Assembly: GCA_964561115.1 (NCBI GenBank)
Contig: CAZLOE010000003.1
Span: forward strand, 2,691 to 66,690
Origin: an uncultured Actinomycetota bacterium
GTDB lineage: Bacteria > Actinomycetota > Humimicrobiia > Humimicrobiales > Humimicrobiaceae
Length of the DNA stretch: 64,000 bases
Direction of reading: 5' to 3'
The position numbers and the translations under genes are program-made. This document shows, piece after piece, positions 61,791 to 64,000 of the stretch; position 1 is the first letter of the stretch, and every line of letters begins with the position of its first letter. A model generated the notes under the pieces. The model was given only the letters and a program-made list of their open reading frames with translations, ran no database searches and had not been told where the DNA came from.

Positions 61791-62495
61791 TTATATTCCT
61801 CTGGCAAAAGTCAATAAATAAATTTTAGCCGCACCAGCTTTCTTTAAAACACTGGCAATCTCGTTCAAAGTACTACCTGTAGTCCAGACATCATCTACCA
61901 GCATCAGATTTTTCCTCCGGGTAAGGAGACAGTTCTTCACCTTAAATGCTTCTTTTATATTACTTTTTCTCTGTACAGAATCAAGTCCCTGCTGCTTTAG
62001 CACTTCCTTTACTCTCAATATATTCCCAGCAAAAGGTAACCTGATTGATTTTGACAATCCTCTGCATAAAACCTCCATATGTTCACCAGGTACCGTATCT
62101 ATGTAATCTATCTTTTCAAATTTATAGTTTTCAGTATAAGTCTTAATCAAAAAAGCAATTATAATTTCTTTTAAAGCATTTATCCTGCTGTATTTATATT
62201 TTGCGATAATTTTTTTTATCTTTCCTTTATATACAGCAAAACTCCTGTGCCTGTAAAACTTAAAATTTTTATCCCTGCAATAATTACATCCTCTGCTATC
62301 TGAATCATTTAGGAATAACGGCCTGCCGCAGTATCTGCATATTTTATTTTCTATTTTTTCGATATCAGACGCGCACTCCCGACAGAGTAATTCAAAGCTG
62401 ATTTTTCCGCAAACCGCACATATGGGTGGAATGATAATATCTTTAAAAATATCAGTCAAATTTCTATTATTTTTACCTGTTACTTTAGGTATCAA
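61791..62495 (-). CDS. comFC: ComF family protein (ComFC; zinc ribbon plus phosphoribosyltransferase domain)
   Basis: 234 aa with an N-terminal CxxC...CxxC ribbon and the PRT motif [14 protein letters not shown]. Confidence 0.8.
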   Translation of the reverse strand: MIPKVTGKNNRNLTDIFKDIIIPPICAVCGKISFELLCRECASDIEKIENKICRYCGRPLFLNDSDSRGCNYCRDKNFKFYRHRSFAVYKGKIKKIIAKYKYSRINALKEIIIAFLIKTYTENYKFEKIDYIDTVPGEHMEVLCRGLSKSIRLPFAGNILRVKEVLKQQGLDSVQRKSNIKEAFKVKNCLLTRRKNLMLVDDVWTTGSTLNEIASVLKKAGAAKIYLLTFARGI

Positions 62496-63609
62496 TATCG
62501 ATTATTTCATTGGACATAACTTTTACACTTGGATGGATTTTTATTCCATCCTTAATAACGCTTCTGGAACCTATAACCGCTTTTTCCAGAATCGAAGCCT
62601 TATCTTTTATCTTTGTATTATAACCTATAATAGCTCCTATCAGAGAGGCATCCTTTCCTATATAACCGCTTCCCCATTTTATTCCTCTATACAGAACTGC
62701 CCTCTCATCTACTATAGTATTATTTCCCAAAATAATGGGACCAAAAAGTTTTGCACCTTTCTTTATGGTGCAATTGTCTCCGATACATACCGGAGGAGTT
62801 ATCACGACACCTTCCTGGATCTTACAATTCTTCCCCACCCAGACTCCATCTTTTATTTCCTTTCCGGGAATATCAACCTTTACCTTTCCTTCAAGTGCAT
62901 CAAAATTACCCTGCTGATATTCATCCAGACCACCGACATCATTCCAATACTGATTATGCTGGTAGCCGTAATATTTAATATTCTTCTTTAACAGATCGGG
63001 AAAAAGATCCTTTCCGAAATCGTAAAATTTTCCCTTGGCAGGTAAATAATCAAATATCTCCGGCTCAAAAATATATATTCCGCTGTTTGCAAGATTTGAC
63101 TTTGCCTTTCCACTCAATGGTTTTTCCTGGAAACCTCTTATCCTTTTATCTTCATCCAGCAATACTACACCGTACTTTGAAGTATCTTCTACTTCAGTTA
63201 AGACTATTGTGGCTATACCGCCTTTCTGCTTATGAAATCTAAACACTCTGGTCAAATCAATGTCAGTCAGAGCATCGCCGCTTATTACCATAAAGGTATT
63301 GTTTTCAAAAAAATCTTCTACATTATTTACTCCTCCTGCGGTGCCCAGCAGCTCTTCCTCATATGAATAAACAATGTTTATTTTCCATCTTGATCCGTCA
63401 CCAAAATAGTTTTTTATCTCTTCCGGATACCAGTGCAGATTACAGACAATATCTGTAAATTTATGTTTGACCAGAAGTCTTATAATATGCTCCATAACCG
63501 GCCTGTTGACTATAGGCGCCATTGGCTTTGATATTAAGTCTGTAAGCGGCCTAAGCCTTGTTCCAAGACCTGCTGCTAATACTATTGCCTTTTTATTTTT
63601 TATTATAAT
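62485..63609 (-). CDS. sugar-phosphate nucleotidyltransferase with C-terminal left-handed beta-helix (eIF2B gamma/epsilon-like); non-AUG start
   Basis: The ORF-track ATG at 63522 is internal. Upstream in frame reads ...I I K N K K A I V L A A G L G T R L R P L T with no ATG/GTG/TTG after a TGA stop. AAGGAG (63621..63616) lies 6 nt upstream of the ATT at 63609. The protein has an NTP-transferase fold followed by hexapeptide repeats. Confidence 0.7.
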   Translation of the reverse strand: MIIKNKKAIVLAAGLGTRLRPLTDLISKPMAPIVNRPVMEHIIRLLVKHKFTDIVCNLHWYPEEIKNYFGDGSRWKINIVYSYEEELLGTAGGVNNVEDFFENNTFMVISGDALTDIDLTRVFRFHKQKGGIATIVLTEVEDTSKYGVVLLDEDKRIRGFQEKPLSGKAKSNLANSGIYIFEPEIFDYLPAKGKFYDFGKDLFPDLLKKNIKYYGYQHNQYWNDVGGLDEYQQGNFDALEGKVKVDIPGKEIKDGVWVGKNCKIQEGVVITPPVCIGDNCTIKKGAKLFGPIILGNNTIVDERAVLYRGIKWGSGYIGKDASLIGAIIGYNTKIKDKASILEKAVIGSRSVIKDGIKIHPSVKVMSNEIIDIDT

Positions 63610-63628
63610 TATGCACTCCTTATTTTGT

Positions 63629-64000
63629 TTATTTCCTGCTCTTAAAGATCCTGCTGATATTCTGTTTGTAAGGAGGGTAAATCAATTCTTTTTCAGTTAT
63701 GATTGCAGTTATATTATTAGCTGGCGTTACATCAAAAGCCGGATTCTTTACCGCCATAAATTCTGGAATAATAATTTTTCCCAGGACTTCCCTGACTTCC
63801 CTTTCATTTCTATGTTCTATAGGAATATTATCCCCGCTTTCCATTTTTATATCAACAGTTGAGATCGGAGCAGCAACATAGAAAGGTATTTTAAAATACT
63901 TTGCAAGTATAGACAAGCTTAAAGTCCCTATTTTATTGGCCGTATCACCGTTTGAAGCTATTCTGTCCGCACCGACCAGAACTGCATCGACCTCTCCCCT
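63629..64000 (-). CDS. eIF2B alpha/beta/delta-family isomerase (MtnA-like), C-terminal part; gene continues off the right edge
   Basis: The frame stays open to position 64000. It reads ...GEVDAVLVGADRIASNGDTANKIGT...YFKIPFYVAAPISTVDIKMESGDNIPIEHRNEREV...NPAFDVTPANNITAIITEKELIYPPY, the conserved MtnA/eIF2B C-terminus. Confidence 0.75.
   Translation of the reverse strand, partial: RGEVDAVLVGADRIASNGDTANKIGTLSLSILAKYFKIPFYVAAPISTVDIKMESGDNIPIEHRNEREVREVLGKIIIPEFMAVKNPAFDVTPANNITAIITEKELIYPPYKQNISRIFKSRK

Overview
This 64-kb window is low-GC (roughly one-third GC) bacterial core chromosome, with almost every gene on the minus strand. Gene content and order look like a Clostridia-like anaerobic Firmicute: comEA-comEC-holA/rpsT/lepA; leuS-rsfS-LCP-yqeK-nadD-proA-proB-obg; rpmA-rplU-rng; mreBCD-mrdA-rodA; clpX-clpP-tig; smpB-ssrA; ftsEX; comFC-hpf-secA-prfB. 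The left end carries Wood-Ljungdahl carbonyl-branch accessory genes (acsD/cdhD, cooC, RACo corrinoid activator). There is a seven-gene tRNA cluster and a tmRNA, and no CRISPR, prophage or IS element. The most unusual signal is a three-copy, approximately 120-nt conserved element whose RNA secondary structure is supported by compensatory base changes. Each copy sits 40-45 nt downstream of a tRNA-Leu, tRNA-Arg or tmRNA gene. Each ends in an exact 21-nt duplicate of that gene's 3' end, from T-loop position C56 through CCA. No recombinase or RNA-guided protein gene is visible in the window. Other notable points are two genes (rplU and a sugar-phosphate nucleotidyltransferase) that must start at AUU/AUA behind a strong SD, a programmed +1 frameshift in prfB, and leuS and valS lacking T-box leaders. 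An MtnA/eIF2B-like gene also sits beside an eIF2B-gamma/epsilon-like NT+LbH gene.
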